A stretch of 64,000 nucleotides of DNA from a virus (IMGVR_UViG_3300025030_000042); one strand, 5' to 3'. Shown: positions 16,431 through 26,761, numbered from the stretch's first letter. The notes: generated from the letters alone by a model not told the origin. Numbers and translations: made by a program.

Positions 16431-19400
16431 TTACACTTCTATATGAGCATATCCATTTCTTTTTTCTATTACAATCTGCTGATCCACACAATCCTTTAAA
16501 TATTCAAGATGACTTATTAAAATAATCGTATCAAACTCCGTCTTCAACATTTCCAATATTCTCGTAAATCCCTCAAGATGTTCTTCATCTAACTCACTGG
16601 CAGGCTCATCGAGAATCAATATGTTTGATGTCGGTAATGTCGTTACCTTCATCAACGCCAATCGTATAGCAAAAGCAGATAAAGATTTTTCCGAACCGGA
16701 ACCAGTATCAAGTGTTCTCGCTTCGTGTTTTGGGTGTTTCAAATATATTTCAAGTTTATCATCGCGATTATCAAAATACACCTGGAAGTTTACTATAGAA
16801 GATAAAATCTTATTTATTTCTTCATTGACGACCGGCAGTTTTCTTTTAATAATATCGTAAGATATACCGTTTGAATGAAAACATTTTAAGAATAAATCCA
16901 TTGCTTCATATTGTTCTCGCAAAGTTTGTCGTTCTTCGCTTTGATTTTTTAGATCCTCCAGTTTTTGTTCCAACGAACCATTGATCTTTACCATATTATA
17001 TATTTGATTTTCACACTCTGCGATCTTTGATGATATTTCTTTTTTTATTTTCTGCTTTTCATTTTTTTGTTCAATGGTTGTTTTTATTTCTTCTATTTTT
17101 TCTTTATTTTCCCGCCATTTTTGTTCTTCCAACTTCAGGTTTACTATTTCTTGTTCTATCTTTAGCACTTCAATATTATTTTTTTGGATTTGTAGTTCAT
17201 TTTGAAGTATTGATGAGGAAATGGAAGACTTTCTTTCTACAAGTTTATTATATTTTTGAATAAAATCATTTATTTTTTCTGGGTTTAATACTTCTATTGA
17301 GTTTTTGACGGCATCTACTTTTTCTTGTAACTCGTTTAATGATTGTTGTAACTTTTGTATATTATTTGACGCCAAATGTGCGTCTTTTATAAATTTACAA
17401 GTTGGATATTCACTTCCACAGGGAACTTCTTTTAAGAGTTCCTTTTTCTTTTCGTTTTGATTTATTTTTCTATCTATATCTTTAATATCATATGATATTT
17501 GTTCTATTTCTTTTTCTTTTTCCGAGATTTCTTTTTTCTTATTTTTATATTCTTCAATATCAAAAATCTCTGAAATAAACTTCTCTATTTTTTTAATCTG
17601 TTCTTTGTCCGACAACAGAATATTTTCTCTTCTTTCATTTTCTTCTTTAAGAACCAGTAAATCTTTTTCTTTCTTTTGAAGATTTTTTAATATTTGTTCA
17701 ATATCAATAATCAAGTTGCGTGGAGAGGTGTTGATTTTATTGTCAAGTTCACTTATTTCTTTATTTATTATTTCAAACTGTGTTTTATATTCGTGACACA
17801 ATAACTTTTGTTTTTTAATATTAGAAGATGCCTGACCAATATCCCCTTGAGTTTTTATTATTATATTTTTTAAATCTTTTTCTTCTAATCTTTTTAAAGC
17901 CATGCGAACTTCGGAACTTTCTTCTTTTGCTAACTTAAACTTTTGATCAAATACCTCAAGATCAAGAAACTTTGCCAATATTTCCTTTCTTTTCGTTGAT
18001 CCTTCATTGATAAAAGTCAAAGCGCCAAACTGATCCGTCATAGAGGTGATAAGAAAATCTTCTATTGTTCCGATTGTATTTCTTATATTTTTATCAGTAT
18101 CATTTCTTGTAATACCGTTAATTTGTTCTATTTTATTATTATATATTTTTTCAAAAATAACATCAGTTTTTGCTTCTAAAGTTTCCTCTCCCTTTAACTT
18201 TTTCAAATATTTTTCAGATTTTCTGGTCACTATATACTTCTCTTCGTCAATCTCAAACTCTACTGTTCCGGTGCCCCATTCTTTATTTTGATTTATTATA
18301 GAAAGATTTTTTCGTATTCCTTTAGTTGAGGTATTAAAAAGTGTGTAGATGAGAGCTAAAACCAAACTACTTTTCCCAAAAAAATTGGGGCCGAAGACCC
18401 CAGCGACCCCTTTTATTTTCTCAAAATCTATTTTATTTCCTTCATCATAGTTATAAAGATTATCCCAAGACAAAGATTTTAACTTCCACTTCACATTTCG
18501 CATAATATCTTCATCTTGAACTAAAACAGAGTTATATTTTTTATTTAACTCAAATATTCTATTCAATATCTCTTTTTTAAGGTTATAATCCTTTAAATAT
18601 TCTTTGATCAGTTTTTCTTGAACAGTAACATCGCGAAGGTTTTCTGAAAATAGTTTCGTGTGTTGCTCCGAAATATTTCCCTTATTTGTTGCTCTACTTA
18701 AAAATGAAACATTTTCTGGAGAATATTGATACTTTGTTTGATCTATTACCCTTCGGATTGTTTCTATTGGTAGATTGTTTTCTGCTATCAAGCGGACACG
18801 AGCGTTTTTTAATATCGTTACATTGTCGGGTAACTTTCCTTCTTCAGTTAAATTGACAGAAATAAATGGTTTAGGGTTTGGGACAGAAATATGACAACAA
18901 GTAAAGACTTCTTTACTTTCTATTTCCCAAGTCAAGAAACCTTTACTATCTTCTTCGGAAAAGTTCTGTTGTATTGTTGAACCCACAAACCTTGCTTTGC
19001 CGTTATTATCTAATATTTGATTTGTTTTATGAATATCTCCGGCAAAAACATAATCAGCATTCTTAAAATCTTCTAATCCTATATCACCATTTGTTACTGT
19101 CCAACCAAGATCCGTAACTGCTCCATTAATCGTTCCGTGATATAAAAATATATTTATCTTTTCTGGATTTGATGGAATAAGTTTCCAGTTTTCCTTATCT
19201 AAAATAGATAAATGATTTAAGACAATATTGTTTCCGATATCTATTTCTTGCGAATACTTTAGATAATGAAGATTTGGGTGTTTTAGGAGATTTACAACTG
19301 GAGTTATACTATCAATACGATTTAACGATTTAAGCCCCAAATCGTGATTTCCTACGATTATATATGTTTTAGCGATATCGGCAAGATTTTTAAGAAAATC

Positions 19401-19586
19401 TGCCGCCAACAGAACCATTTCGTTACTAATATTGATTTTGGAATGAACGAGATCGCCACAATGAATAATATAATCCGGACATTCTTTTTTGAGAATGTCA
19501 TATATTTGTTTAAATATTTCTTTATATTCTTGATGACGCTGATAAGTTCGGATGTGAGTATCGCTGATTTGAACAATCTTGGTCAT
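16431..19586 (-). CDS. Fused Mre11/SbcD nuclease and Rad50/SbcC ATPase (gp47-gp46-like)
   Basis: ISDTH, HCGDLVH, VGNHD, GDIH phosphoesterase motifs; GPNFFGKSSL Walker A; coiled coil with a CGSEYPTC hook; GSGSE signature, ILILDEP, ISH. Confidence 0.92.
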   Translation of the reverse strand: MTKIVQISDTHIRTYQRHQEYKEIFKQIYDILKKECPDYIIHCGDLVHSKINISNEMVLLAADFLKNLADIAKTYIIVGNHDLGLKSLNRIDSITPVVNLLKHPNLHYLKYSQEIDIGNNIVLNHLSILDKENWKLIPSNPEKINIFLYHGTINGAVTDLGWTVTNGDIGLEDFKNADYVFAGDIHKTNQILDNNGKARFVGSTIQQNFSEEDSKGFLTWEIESKEVFTCCHISVPNPKPFISVNLTEEGKLPDNVTILKNARVRLIAENNLPIETIRRVIDQTKYQYSPENVSFLSRATNKGNISEQHTKLFSENLRDVTVQEKLIKEYLKDYNLKKEILNRIFELNKKYNSVLVQDEDIMRNVKWKLKSLSWDNLYNYDEGNKIDFEKIKGVAGVFGPNFFGKSSLVLALIYTLFNTSTKGIRKNLSIINQNKEWGTGTVEFEIDEEKYIVTRKSEKYLKKLKGEETLEAKTDVIFEKIYNNKIEQINGITRNDTDKNIRNTIGTIEDFLITSMTDQFGALTFINEGSTKRKEILAKFLDLEVFDQKFKLAKEESSEVRMALKRLEEKDLKNIIIKTQGDIGQASSNIKKQKLLCHEYKTQFEIINKEISELDNKINTSPRNLIIDIEQILKNLQKKEKDLLVLKEENERRENILLSDKEQIKKIEKFISEIFDIEEYKNKKKEISEKEKEIEQISYDIKDIDRKINQNEKKKELLKEVPCGSEYPTCKFIKDAHLASNNIQKLQQSLNELQEKVDAVKNSIEVLNPEKINDFIQKYNKLVERKSSISSSILQNELQIQKNNIEVLKIEQEIVNLKLEEQKWRENKEKIEEIKTTIEQKNEKQKIKKEISSKIAECENQIYNMVKINGSLEQKLEDLKNQSEERQTLREQYEAMDLFLKCFHSNGISYDIIKRKLPVVNEEINKILSSIVNFQVYFDNRDDKLEIYLKHPKHEARTLDTGSGSEKSLSAFAIRLALMKVTTLPTSNILILDEPASELDEEHLEGFTRILEMLKTEFDTIILISHLEYLKDCVDQQIVIEKRNGYAHIEV

Positions 19587-19774
19587 TTATTCACTTTAAT
19601 TATAGATTTATCATATTCCGCAAACGACATCGAACGTTTGTTAATCCAATATGTATTATATCTTTTTTCAATTAATTTTACTATTAATCCTATCCCCCAT
19701 TCTTTAACACAATCATCAGAATAAATATTATTATTTAATTTTATTAAATCTCCAACTTTAAATTTATTATCCAA
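19583..19774 (-). CDS. Small KOW/SH3-like (KVGDL) protein
   Basis: MDNKFKVGDLIKL...GIGLIVK; ATGA overlap with the next gene. Confidence 0.6.
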   Translation of the reverse strand: MDNKFKVGDLIKLNNNIYSDDCVKEWGIGLIVKLIEKRYNTYWINKRSMSFAEYDKSIIKVNK

Positions 19775-20693
19775 ATGCCAGTCTCATTCTGTTATTTTCA
19801 TTGTTAAGATATATCGCCTCTTTTTTTCTTTTTAAAAACTCTTCTCTTGTCATTTCACCAACATCTTTAAATGGACTTATATTTATCTTCCACACCTCAA
19901 CACCATAAGACATAAGTTTATCAGCGATTTTCATTTCTTTTTTTTGAGCATCCGAATCCAAAGCAATATAAACTACCGTGTTTTCTTTTGTAATCCTTTC
20001 AAAAAGCAAATGATCTTCTTGTAGAGACGACCCCAGTAGTGGAACAGCATTTTCACCCGCTACAATAGCATCAAAAATACCTTCCGTCAAGACAATCGGT
20101 TTATTCCAATCAATATATAACTCATTGAAAATAATAGAACTTTTTTGTATTGCTGGGCCTTTATATTTTGGAAACCCATCCCGATATGTCCTGGAAACAA
20201 AGAAATTTATGTAACCTTCTTTGTTAAACGAAGGAATAATAACTCTTTCATAATATTCTGAAGTTGGAGACAAATCCACTCCACATTTATAAAAATGCTG
20301 GTATTTTGTCTCTACTCCTCTACTTATTAGAAAGTTTCTTGCTGGATTTAATGATATACTTTTTTCGGTAAGACTGATGAATGTTTTTGGTAGTTCTACT
20401 TTTATTATATCTTCTTTTTGTGTATCCGCCTCAAATATAATATCATCGGATAGATTGATTTCGTTTGAAAGTTCTTTCCACTTGTTTTTTTGATCTCGCG
20501 AACCGAATTTTTTCAACAGAGGATATAAAGAACGACCGGATTTATCGCAAATCCAACACTTCCAAACATTTTTTTCTATATTGACGCTCAACTTTCTCTT
20601 ATGATGCTTACAAAACGGGCAATGAAAAAGATATTCATCGTTTGTTTTAAAATACGAACCAAAAATATCTTTCAATATTGATATTTTATTCAT
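19767..20693 (-). CDS. DNA primase (DnaG/gp61-like)
   Basis: Zn finger FHCPFCKHH...WKCWIC; TOPRIM LTEGIFDAI and ALDSDA. Confidence 0.9.
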   Translation of the reverse strand: MNKISILKDIFGSYFKTNDEYLFHCPFCKHHKRKLSVNIEKNVWKCWICDKSGRSLYPLLKKFGSRDQKNKWKELSNEINLSDDIIFEADTQKEDIIKVELPKTFISLTEKSISLNPARNFLISRGVETKYQHFYKCGVDLSPTSEYYERVIIPSFNKEGYINFFVSRTYRDGFPKYKGPAIQKSSIIFNELYIDWNKPIVLTEGIFDAIVAGENAVPLLGSSLQEDHLLFERITKENTVVYIALDSDAQKKEMKIADKLMSYGVEVWKINISPFKDVGEMTREEFLKRKKEAIYLNNENNRMRLAFG

Positions 20694-20904
20694 ATTTTTT
20701 TAGATTACGCAGTTTTTCATTTCTATATATAAATTTTTTATTATAAATCCACAAAACTCTTGACATTTTATTATTTATTTCAATAATCAAATCTATTGCT
20801 TTTTCTACTTTTATTTTAGTAGAACGATGCAATAGATTATAATCTTTTCCCAATGTTTCCCAACAATAAGAGACTAAATCTCCAACTTTAAACACTTTAT
20901 TCAT
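20686..20904 (-). CDS. Small KOW/SH3-like (KVGDL) protein
   Basis: MNKVFKVGDLVSY start; ATGA overlap with the upstream gene. Confidence 0.55.
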   Translation of the reverse strand: MNKVFKVGDLVSYCWETLGKDYNLLHRSTKIKVEKAIDLIIEINNKMSRVLWIYNKKFIYRNEKLRNLKKYE

Positions 20905-21107
20905 ATTTTAACAACCCATGATTCTTCTTCTGGAAAAACATTAATATATGGTTTTAACCATAAAACATCAAATCTTTTTATTCCACAGTTATCTTCATAC
21001 TTCCCAACCACAATCCCTATATTTTTTGTTTCATCTGGAAATAAATCTTTATCTAAAAGACTAAAATTTAGTTTTACAAGATCACCGATTTTTATGTCAT
21101 TGCTCAT
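20901..21107 (-). CDS. Small KOW/SH3-like (KIGDL) protein
   Basis: MSNDIKIGDLVKL...IGIVVGK...FDVLW. Confidence 0.6.
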   Translation of the reverse strand: MSNDIKIGDLVKLNFSLLDKDLFPDETKNIGIVVGKYEDNCGIKRFDVLWLKPYINVFPEEESWVVKI

Positions 21108-21113
21108 AAAATG

Positions 21114-21141
21114 AGAATATCACAAAAGCGAAAAATGTCAA
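21114..21141 (-). promoter_or_regulatory. Putative sigma70-type early promoter for the primase/Mre11-Rad50 islet
   Basis: TTGACA (21141-21136), 16-bp spacer with TG-n, TATTCT (21119-21114), then 6 nt to the ATG at 21107. Confidence 0.55.
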
Positions 21142-21662
21142 GCAAAAAGCGGACCGGCAAGGGCAAGCACCACTGCATCGGCGCGATCGTCTGTTCCTCC
21201 CGCCGGATTTCCGTTTTTGGTCATCTTATATAAAAAAGGTGTGTTTGTATTTTTGTATCTATTATATACAAAATCAATGGCGGGTTGTTTCTTTTCTCGC
21301 GTTGTCTTATTTTTCCCAAAAGGAGTTTTTATTCCAAGTTTTGATCGTGCCGAACGAACATTTACAAGAACTGGAGTTATATTGAAAGTTTTATATATTG
21401 AGTAACACACCATTCCATTCCACCTCTGAAGAATGGCGATTGTTTTTGCCATATTGCCTCCGGAAAAAGAAACAACAGGTTCTTCAATATAGATTTTATC
21501 TGGTATTTGAATGGACTTAATATAACTTTCAAATACTTCCGCTTTATGTTCAAGAATGTTTAACTTTTTAAATATAAGGACATCGGACAGACAAATATTA
21601 TTTTTGTTGTCCAATAAAGCAATACCAACTTTTGTGGTGCTGGCGTCTATACCAAGAATCAT
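21138..21662 (-). CDS. RuvC-like Holliday junction resolvase
   Basis: Likely start MILGIDASTTKVGIALL at 21662; IYIEEP; DDRADAVVLALAG. Confidence 0.85.
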   Translation of the reverse strand: MILGIDASTTKVGIALLDNKNNICLSDVLIFKKLNILEHKAEVFESYIKSIQIPDKIYIEEPVVSFSGGNMAKTIAILQRWNGMVCYSIYKTFNITPVLVNVRSARSKLGIKTPFGKNKTTREKKQPAIDFVYNRYKNTNTPFLYKMTKNGNPAGGTDDRADAVVLALAGPLFA

Positions 21663-21663
21663 T

Positions 21664-22368
21664 CTATTGTTTTTTGTTCCATCTTTTAAAATGAACGATA
21701 TGCCAAATCGCACACTGACTCACATTATATATTTTTGATATTTCGACTATTGACATTTCTTGTTTATAATATAACTCTCGAATTTTATCGACTTTTTCCC
21801 AATCAAGTTTTGCGTTCGGATTACCACTACCAGCATTTTTTATATTCATTTTTTGTTTTGTAACATCAGAATGACATTTTCCAAACATAGGATTTTTTTC
21901 ACCATTTGTATCATAATGATTTTTACTCATCTTTTCTTTCGCCTCTTTGGTGTGAGTTTTTCCAAAAAATGAATTATTTTCTTTACAATATTTTCCCTTT
22001 CTAGATTCACTTATATTTTTTCTATGTTCTTCAGAAAAATGTTTATTATAATGAGGATGATTTATGCTACTTAAAAATCCATTTCCACCCAAATGTACAT
22101 TACATAAATTTTCCAATCCATACCAATCGATCAAAAACTGTTCATATTTGTATGCTTTGTTTTCAGCATCAGTTCCATAAAATAATTTTACTTTTATACG
22201 GATCACTTTTTTAAATCCGATTTTTTTCATTTTATTAACACAATATTTATTTCTTTTTTTATTTACATTTATTCTATCGCCACTTCCTTTTCCTACATAA
22301 AATACGGGCGTTCCATATTTTCTCGGATCGTGAAACTCGTAAACATAATGAATTTTATCATTATTCAC
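21664..22368 (-). CDS. GIY-YIG-superfamily homing endonuclease with NUMOD3-like repeats and HTH
   Basis: HYVYEFHDPR...FYVGKGSGDR; SEEHRKNISE and GKTHTKEAKEKMS repeats; C-terminal HTH. Confidence 0.8.
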   Translation of the reverse strand: MNNDKIHYVYEFHDPRKYGTPVFYVGKGSGDRINVNKKRNKYCVNKMKKIGFKKVIRIKVKLFYGTDAENKAYKYEQFLIDWYGLENLCNVHLGGNGFLSSINHPHYNKHFSEEHRKNISESRKGKYCKENNSFFGKTHTKEAKEKMSKNHYDTNGEKNPMFGKCHSDVTKQKMNIKNAGSGNPNAKLDWEKVDKIRELYYKQEMSIVEISKIYNVSQCAIWHIVHFKRWNKKQ

Positions 22369-22381
22369 AAAAATCGTCCCC

Positions 22382-23533
22382 TTAAAAAATGTCCGTCTTC
22401 AGTTTTATCAAATAGTCGTCCGCTTCTCGCTTGCGCAAAGGTCGTGCCAACTTGGCAATCGCAATCAAGTTTTTGTCGTCATCAAAAATACCAATCTTTG
22501 AAATATATGTAATCTTTTCATATGATCCAGTATATCCGGTCCAAGGAGATTTAACAATATTTTTTGCTTGTATATCTTCTCTTTCTCTATATGAAACGGA
22601 ACTTGTCAATGCCACTAAAGATCCCGATTGCGATCGATCAATAAATGTCGGGTTATTAGAAAAGTTAAGTTCTCCTTTTCTTGCGTGACAGTTCATTGTT
22701 ATGGTATTTACATAGTTAACACCTTCAAAAGATAAACTAAATGATGACGAGGGAGCACCATTGGTAAATCCAAAATAAGTCCACCGAGGAACAACAGAAC
22801 CACCACCAGTTGTATACACTTCGGTATGTTCCGTTGTCAAATCCCAGGTTCCAGTTAAAACCATAAATCCTTCGTTGTATAATACAACACCCGCAACAGA
22901 TCCAGATTGATTGCTTCCAGATGGTTCGGTTTGAACAAGTTCTCCATTTTGCCTTAAATCTTGGGCTCTGGAAATCATTGTTCCGGAAACATAAAACTTT
23001 AAATCTACGCTACCTTTTCTAATACTGGAACCATAAAATATACTGGGAATAGATATAAGTCCGATTTCTTGCGTTGATTTGTCTCCGAGACCGATTTCGG
23101 TGTTATAAGAATAATGCGGCGACCATTTAGAATAATAGTTTAAAGTATTTTTTAATGCCGTTATTCTTGCTCTTGAAGAGTTACTTGAATAAAACTCTTT
23201 TGATATTGATGCCGTCATTGGATATGATCCGGTAATCGTATCTCCATAAGAATAATCGGCGTGATATGAAGTTTTTGTTACCGCTTTTAAAGAATACGGA
23301 TCGGAACCTTTAACCACGAACGGATATATCATTGAAGTTGATAGACGATCAACATTTATTTCGTGAAGACTGATGCTTCCTTGTGGTGTGTGAGTTACAA
23401 TATTCGTAAAAGAACCGGACTCTTTAAAAATATTGTTATAATATATGTTTCGATCATATATTATAAAGTCTGCGCGCGGATAGGTTTTGATGCGGGAATA
23501 TAGAAGATCACCTTCTTTGAACTTATAAAACAT
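22382..23533 (-). CDS. Baseplate/tail structural protein with a tail-collar-fibre-like C-terminal domain
   Basis: NFSNNPTF...YISKIGIFDDDKNLIAIAKLARPLRK, paralogous to the C-terminus of 26962..28035. Confidence 0.7.
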   Translation of the reverse strand: MFYKFKEGDLLYSRIKTYPRADFIIYDRNIYYNNIFKESGSFTNIVTHTPQGSISLHEINVDRLSTSMIYPFVVKGSDPYSLKAVTKTSYHADYSYGDTITGSYPMTASISKEFYSSNSSRARITALKNTLNYYSKWSPHYSYNTEIGLGDKSTQEIGLISIPSIFYGSSIRKGSVDLKFYVSGTMISRAQDLRQNGELVQTEPSGSNQSGSVAGVVLYNEGFMVLTGTWDLTTEHTEVYTTGGGSVVPRWTYFGFTNGAPSSSFSLSFEGVNYVNTITMNCHARKGELNFSNNPTFIDRSQSGSLVALTSSVSYREREDIQAKNIVKSPWTGYTGSYEKITYISKIGIFDDDKNLIAIAKLARPLRKREADDYLIKLKTDIF

Positions 23534-23546
23534 TCATAGTAAATAG
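23520..23546. repeat. 27-bp direct repeat, copy 1 (late motif plus first codons MFYKF of 22382..23533)
   Basis: aacttataaaacattcatagtaaatag matches 26802..26828 at 26 of 27 bases. Confidence 0.85.
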
Positions 23547-23547
23547 T
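23540..23547 (-). promoter_or_regulatory. Putative late promoter ACTATTTA
   Basis: ACTATTTA-CTATG-A-ATG; no SD. Confidence 0.65.
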
Positions 23548-23551
23548 ATAT

Positions 23552-24457
23552 TTAACCAACTCTCCAAATTTCAAAACTTGAACTTAAAATAGTTACAACC
23601 TTTCCGGATTTTGTTGACAAAACATCTAAATCAATATAATGAGAACCAGAAACAAATTCTATATAATAAAATCCACTATTCGGTAGACTTTGCAATTTAG
23701 TAGATGCGGGAATTTCTGAGTGAAAGTGTATAGTATTAGTATCATCAATTTGAATTCTTATGTTAACATTATTCGATGAATCATAATTCCACATATAATT
23801 CCATCCAACTCTATATGTCCCATTATTTAAAATATTTATTGGTATTGTAAATACTTGTTGGTAATTTGTATCAGTGGTACTAAAGACTGTATTTGAACGA
23901 GATTGCGAAAAATTATGCCCAAAAAACGATACATTAGAATCAATTTGATTAAATTTTACATCTATCCCCTCTAAATGAGCTGATAAATTTTCTATATTAT
24001 CTGAATATAAACCACTTCCAGTTACGGGAGAATAACTAGATGGAACAAAATCAATATCTAATTTATCTCCATCAATTTCATCAAAACCACCAGATAAATG
24101 TCTTAGAGAGTGACTATCAATATCGATATCATCTATGAGATTTACATTTACAATATTAAATCCATTAATGTTTAAGTTTCCAGATAAAGGTCTGGAACCA
24201 TCAGTTAAAAGTTCTTCTTGTGGTATACAAAATGATGCTGTAGCGGAGTGATAAAAAATAATATCGTTTAGCGAAGATTCTTCTGCGGGAGACAAAGACG
24301 GCTCAATATATATATAAATTGTATCTCCAACTCTATTAATATATTGTAATTCTTTGGAGATTAAAGAACTTCCGGTTATTTCTTGTGTTAGTTCACATAA
24401 TTCTATTTGTCCAAAAGAAGAACTAAAACTACTCGTGGTGTATATATATTGTGCCAT
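23552..24457 (-). CDS. Putative tail fibre/adaptor protein; paralog of 24466..25071
   Basis: Shares H..GG.DEIDGDKL.I.F.P..Y.P, LSAHLEGID, FSTT...Q and Y...WNY.WN with its neighbour. Confidence 0.55.
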   Translation of the reverse strand: MAQYIYTTSSFSSSFGQIELCELTQEITGSSLISKELQYINRVGDTIYIYIEPSLSPAEESSLNDIIFYHSATASFCIPQEELLTDGSRPLSGNLNINGFNIVNVNLIDDIDIDSHSLRHLSGGFDEIDGDKLDIDFVPSSYSPVTGSGLYSDNIENLSAHLEGIDVKFNQIDSNVSFFGHNFSQSRSNTVFSTTDTNYQQVFTIPINILNNGTYRVGWNYMWNYDSSNNVNIRIQIDDTNTIHFHSEIPASTKLQSLPNSGFYYIEFVSGSHYIDLDVLSTKSGKVVTILSSSFEIWRVG

Positions 24458-24465
24458 ATTTATAT

Positions 24466-25071
24466 TTATACCAAATTTACTTCCAATCTAGATGTTAAAA
24501 TTCTTATTTCTTTTCCTAAAACCTCTGATTTTACTTTAAGAAAGATATTGTGTATTCCGCTATTTAAATATACTTCTAAATTTCCATATTCAGAAAAACT
24601 ATCTTCATTGTTAATAAATATTCCATAATGTTTATTAATCAACATACTTTGAATGTTATCTAAATTAATTTCTATTAATAAACGATTATTTTTAACAGTA
24701 TTCCATGTATAATTCCAAGAAATTTTATATAAATTAGATTCTGATAAATTAAAATTAATCATATTCGCATTTTGAAAAGTATTAGAAGTTGTAGAAAAAA
24801 TTTTATCTTCTAAATTGGACGATATTGGTGATAAATTAATAAAAGAAAGTTTATCATCAATACCATTTAAATGAGAAATTAATTGTTCGGAATTAATAGA
24901 ATCAGGAATATAATTATTTGGATTAAAATTTATCCTTAATTTATTGGCATTTATCTCATCTAATCCATTTATTTCGTGCTCTTTACTATGAATTATTTCT
25001 GCTAATCCAGTTAATTCACTTATTTCTTTTCCTCTGGATAATTTTAAGAAATTTCTTAATTTATTAAGCAC
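24466..25071 (-). CDS. Putative tail fibre/adaptor protein; paralog of 23552..24457
   Basis: GLDEINANKLRINFNPNNYIP, LISHLNGID, IFSTTSNTFQ, YKISWNYTWN. Confidence 0.55.
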   Translation of the reverse strand: MLNKLRNFLKLSRGKEISELTGLAEIIHSKEHEINGLDEINANKLRINFNPNNYIPDSINSEQLISHLNGIDDKLSFINLSPISSNLEDKIFSTTSNTFQNANMINFNLSESNLYKISWNYTWNTVKNNRLLIEINLDNIQSMLINKHYGIFINNEDSFSEYGNLEVYLNSGIHNIFLKVKSEVLGKEIRILTSRLEVNLV

Positions 25072-25116
25072 AATATAATCAACAAATAATTTCTAAATCA
25101 TATATATTATACTTCA

Positions 25117-26739
25117 TTAACTTAGATTCCTTGACCAGTTAGGATATGGATAGTCAGCAGGAGTAGTTGTTATATGTTCATACTCTGATTTAAATCTAAT
25201 AGAGGCAGAATAACCTGGAAGAGTTAAATCTAAAACTCTTTGTGCTGGACCTTCTTTATCCGAAGAACGAACGATAGCATTTGCTACACTAGCATCTAGT
25301 AAATAATCATAAATAGCATTTAAATTTTCAAGATTATTCATAAGCAATATTGGGTCTAATATTGTTGTTAAAGTAGTATTATAAAAAACAGAAAGGTTTT
25401 TGCTCGTATCCCAATCATTACCTTCAAAATCAGTAGTTGTTTCTGGGTCTCCAAGTGGCCATCGCACAAAACGATCTGATGGTTGGAAACAGTCCCTTGC
25501 AAGCAAAAGCACTCCATAATGAGAATTCCCAGAAATTGTATTGTGAGAAACAATTGGAGATACTATAGGAGACCTATCTAACCAATTATTAACAGAGACA
25601 GCATATGTTGGTCGAAGGTCTTGCCCATTTTCTATATAAGCCCCATCAATAACTATATTATTCTGATATATTTCTGCATACTCTGTTTCTACAGAAATAG
25701 CACCAACATAGAAGAATTTATCTTCTCCAATATAAGTACCAATATCTAAAGTAATATCATTGGAATATATTGCCATTGGTAAAAAATGCTCAGGAAGGAC
25801 AAAACTGCTTCTATAGGCCCTAATAACTGCTGCTCGAACGGTTGCAGGGCGAATACAACGAGCCGTTGTCATTGTTAGTGTGTTCTGAAATAGAGAAACT
25901 TTATGATTAAGGTCTGGTGTTTCTGCGGATTTAGTCAAATCTACTAAGTGTAGACACGCATCAATAAAATTATAAATAGTATTATGATGAATTTCTACAT
26001 TAGAATCAGTAGGTCCTAAGTGCAAACCTTCGTGTCTAAAAGAAGGAAATCCAACACTACTATGCATAGCACCATTTATATTGCAATGATGTACTAAAAT
26101 GTTATTTCTAACTGGATGTTGTGTAAGAGTAGGGTTAGGATTATCAGAAATTGTTATTGGTTTATTGATATTAGTAAAATTATTTGAAATAACAACATTT
26201 ACATTTAGAGTTGAAGTAAAGCGCAGGGAAAATAATTCCGAAAAATCACAATGTGACACTTCCGTTGATTCACAACTAGTAATAATAATAGAACTTCCTG
26301 GAATTTTTTTAAATTTAAGAGAAGAAATTAAAACTACCGGTGGTACAGGAAGAAGAGAAAAGTTGTGAGGTCCGAATACTCCTGTATCATCGTTTTGGCC
26401 GCCTATCTCAAGTAGGGCACCTAAAAGAACTGGACGATTTACTTCGTCTCCAATAACTTGGACGTTTTTTCTAAGACGAATACCCCTCTCATTTCTTAAT
26501 TCTAATCCGCTGGGCAAATTAACAGGCGGCCCAGTAAATCTTGAATCTGTTTCTGTTTCACCAAGATTCCACGCCTGTGGCACTGAAGCTCCTAGTCCTG
26601 GGTCTGTTACTCCCATGACATTTACTACGTCGTAATTATTCACTGCGTCTTGAAATGTTTTCCAATCGCCTCCTACAACAAGATTGTTGACGTCAAGAAC
26701 TTTGAATACTCCAGTTGGATAAATTGTAATTGATGACAT
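25117..26739 (-). CDS. Right-handed beta-helix (pectin lyase-like) tailspike/depolymerase
   Basis: Repeated Asn/Ile ladders (VEIHHNTIYNF, VSLFQNTL, EIYQNNIVI, IVSHNTISGN); own late motif and SD AAGGAG. Confidence 0.65.
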   Translation of the reverse strand: MSSITIYPTGVFKVLDVNNLVVGGDWKTFQDAVNNYDVVNVMGVTDPGLGASVPQAWNLGETETDSRFTGPPVNLPSGLELRNERGIRLRKNVQVIGDEVNRPVLLGALLEIGGQNDDTGVFGPHNFSLLPVPPVVLISSLKFKKIPGSSIIITSCESTEVSHCDFSELFSLRFTSTLNVNVVISNNFTNINKPITISDNPNPTLTQHPVRNNILVHHCNINGAMHSSVGFPSFRHEGLHLGPTDSNVEIHHNTIYNFIDACLHLVDLTKSAETPDLNHKVSLFQNTLTMTTARCIRPATVRAAVIRAYRSSFVLPEHFLPMAIYSNDITLDIGTYIGEDKFFYVGAISVETEYAEIYQNNIVIDGAYIENGQDLRPTYAVSVNNWLDRSPIVSPIVSHNTISGNSHYGVLLLARDCFQPSDRFVRWPLGDPETTTDFEGNDWDTSKNLSVFYNTTLTTILDPILLMNNLENLNAIYDYLLDASVANAIVRSSDKEGPAQRVLDLTLPGYSASIRFKSEYEHITTTPADYPYPNWSRNLS

Positions 26740-26761
26740 TTATAATGTTTCTCCTTTTAAG

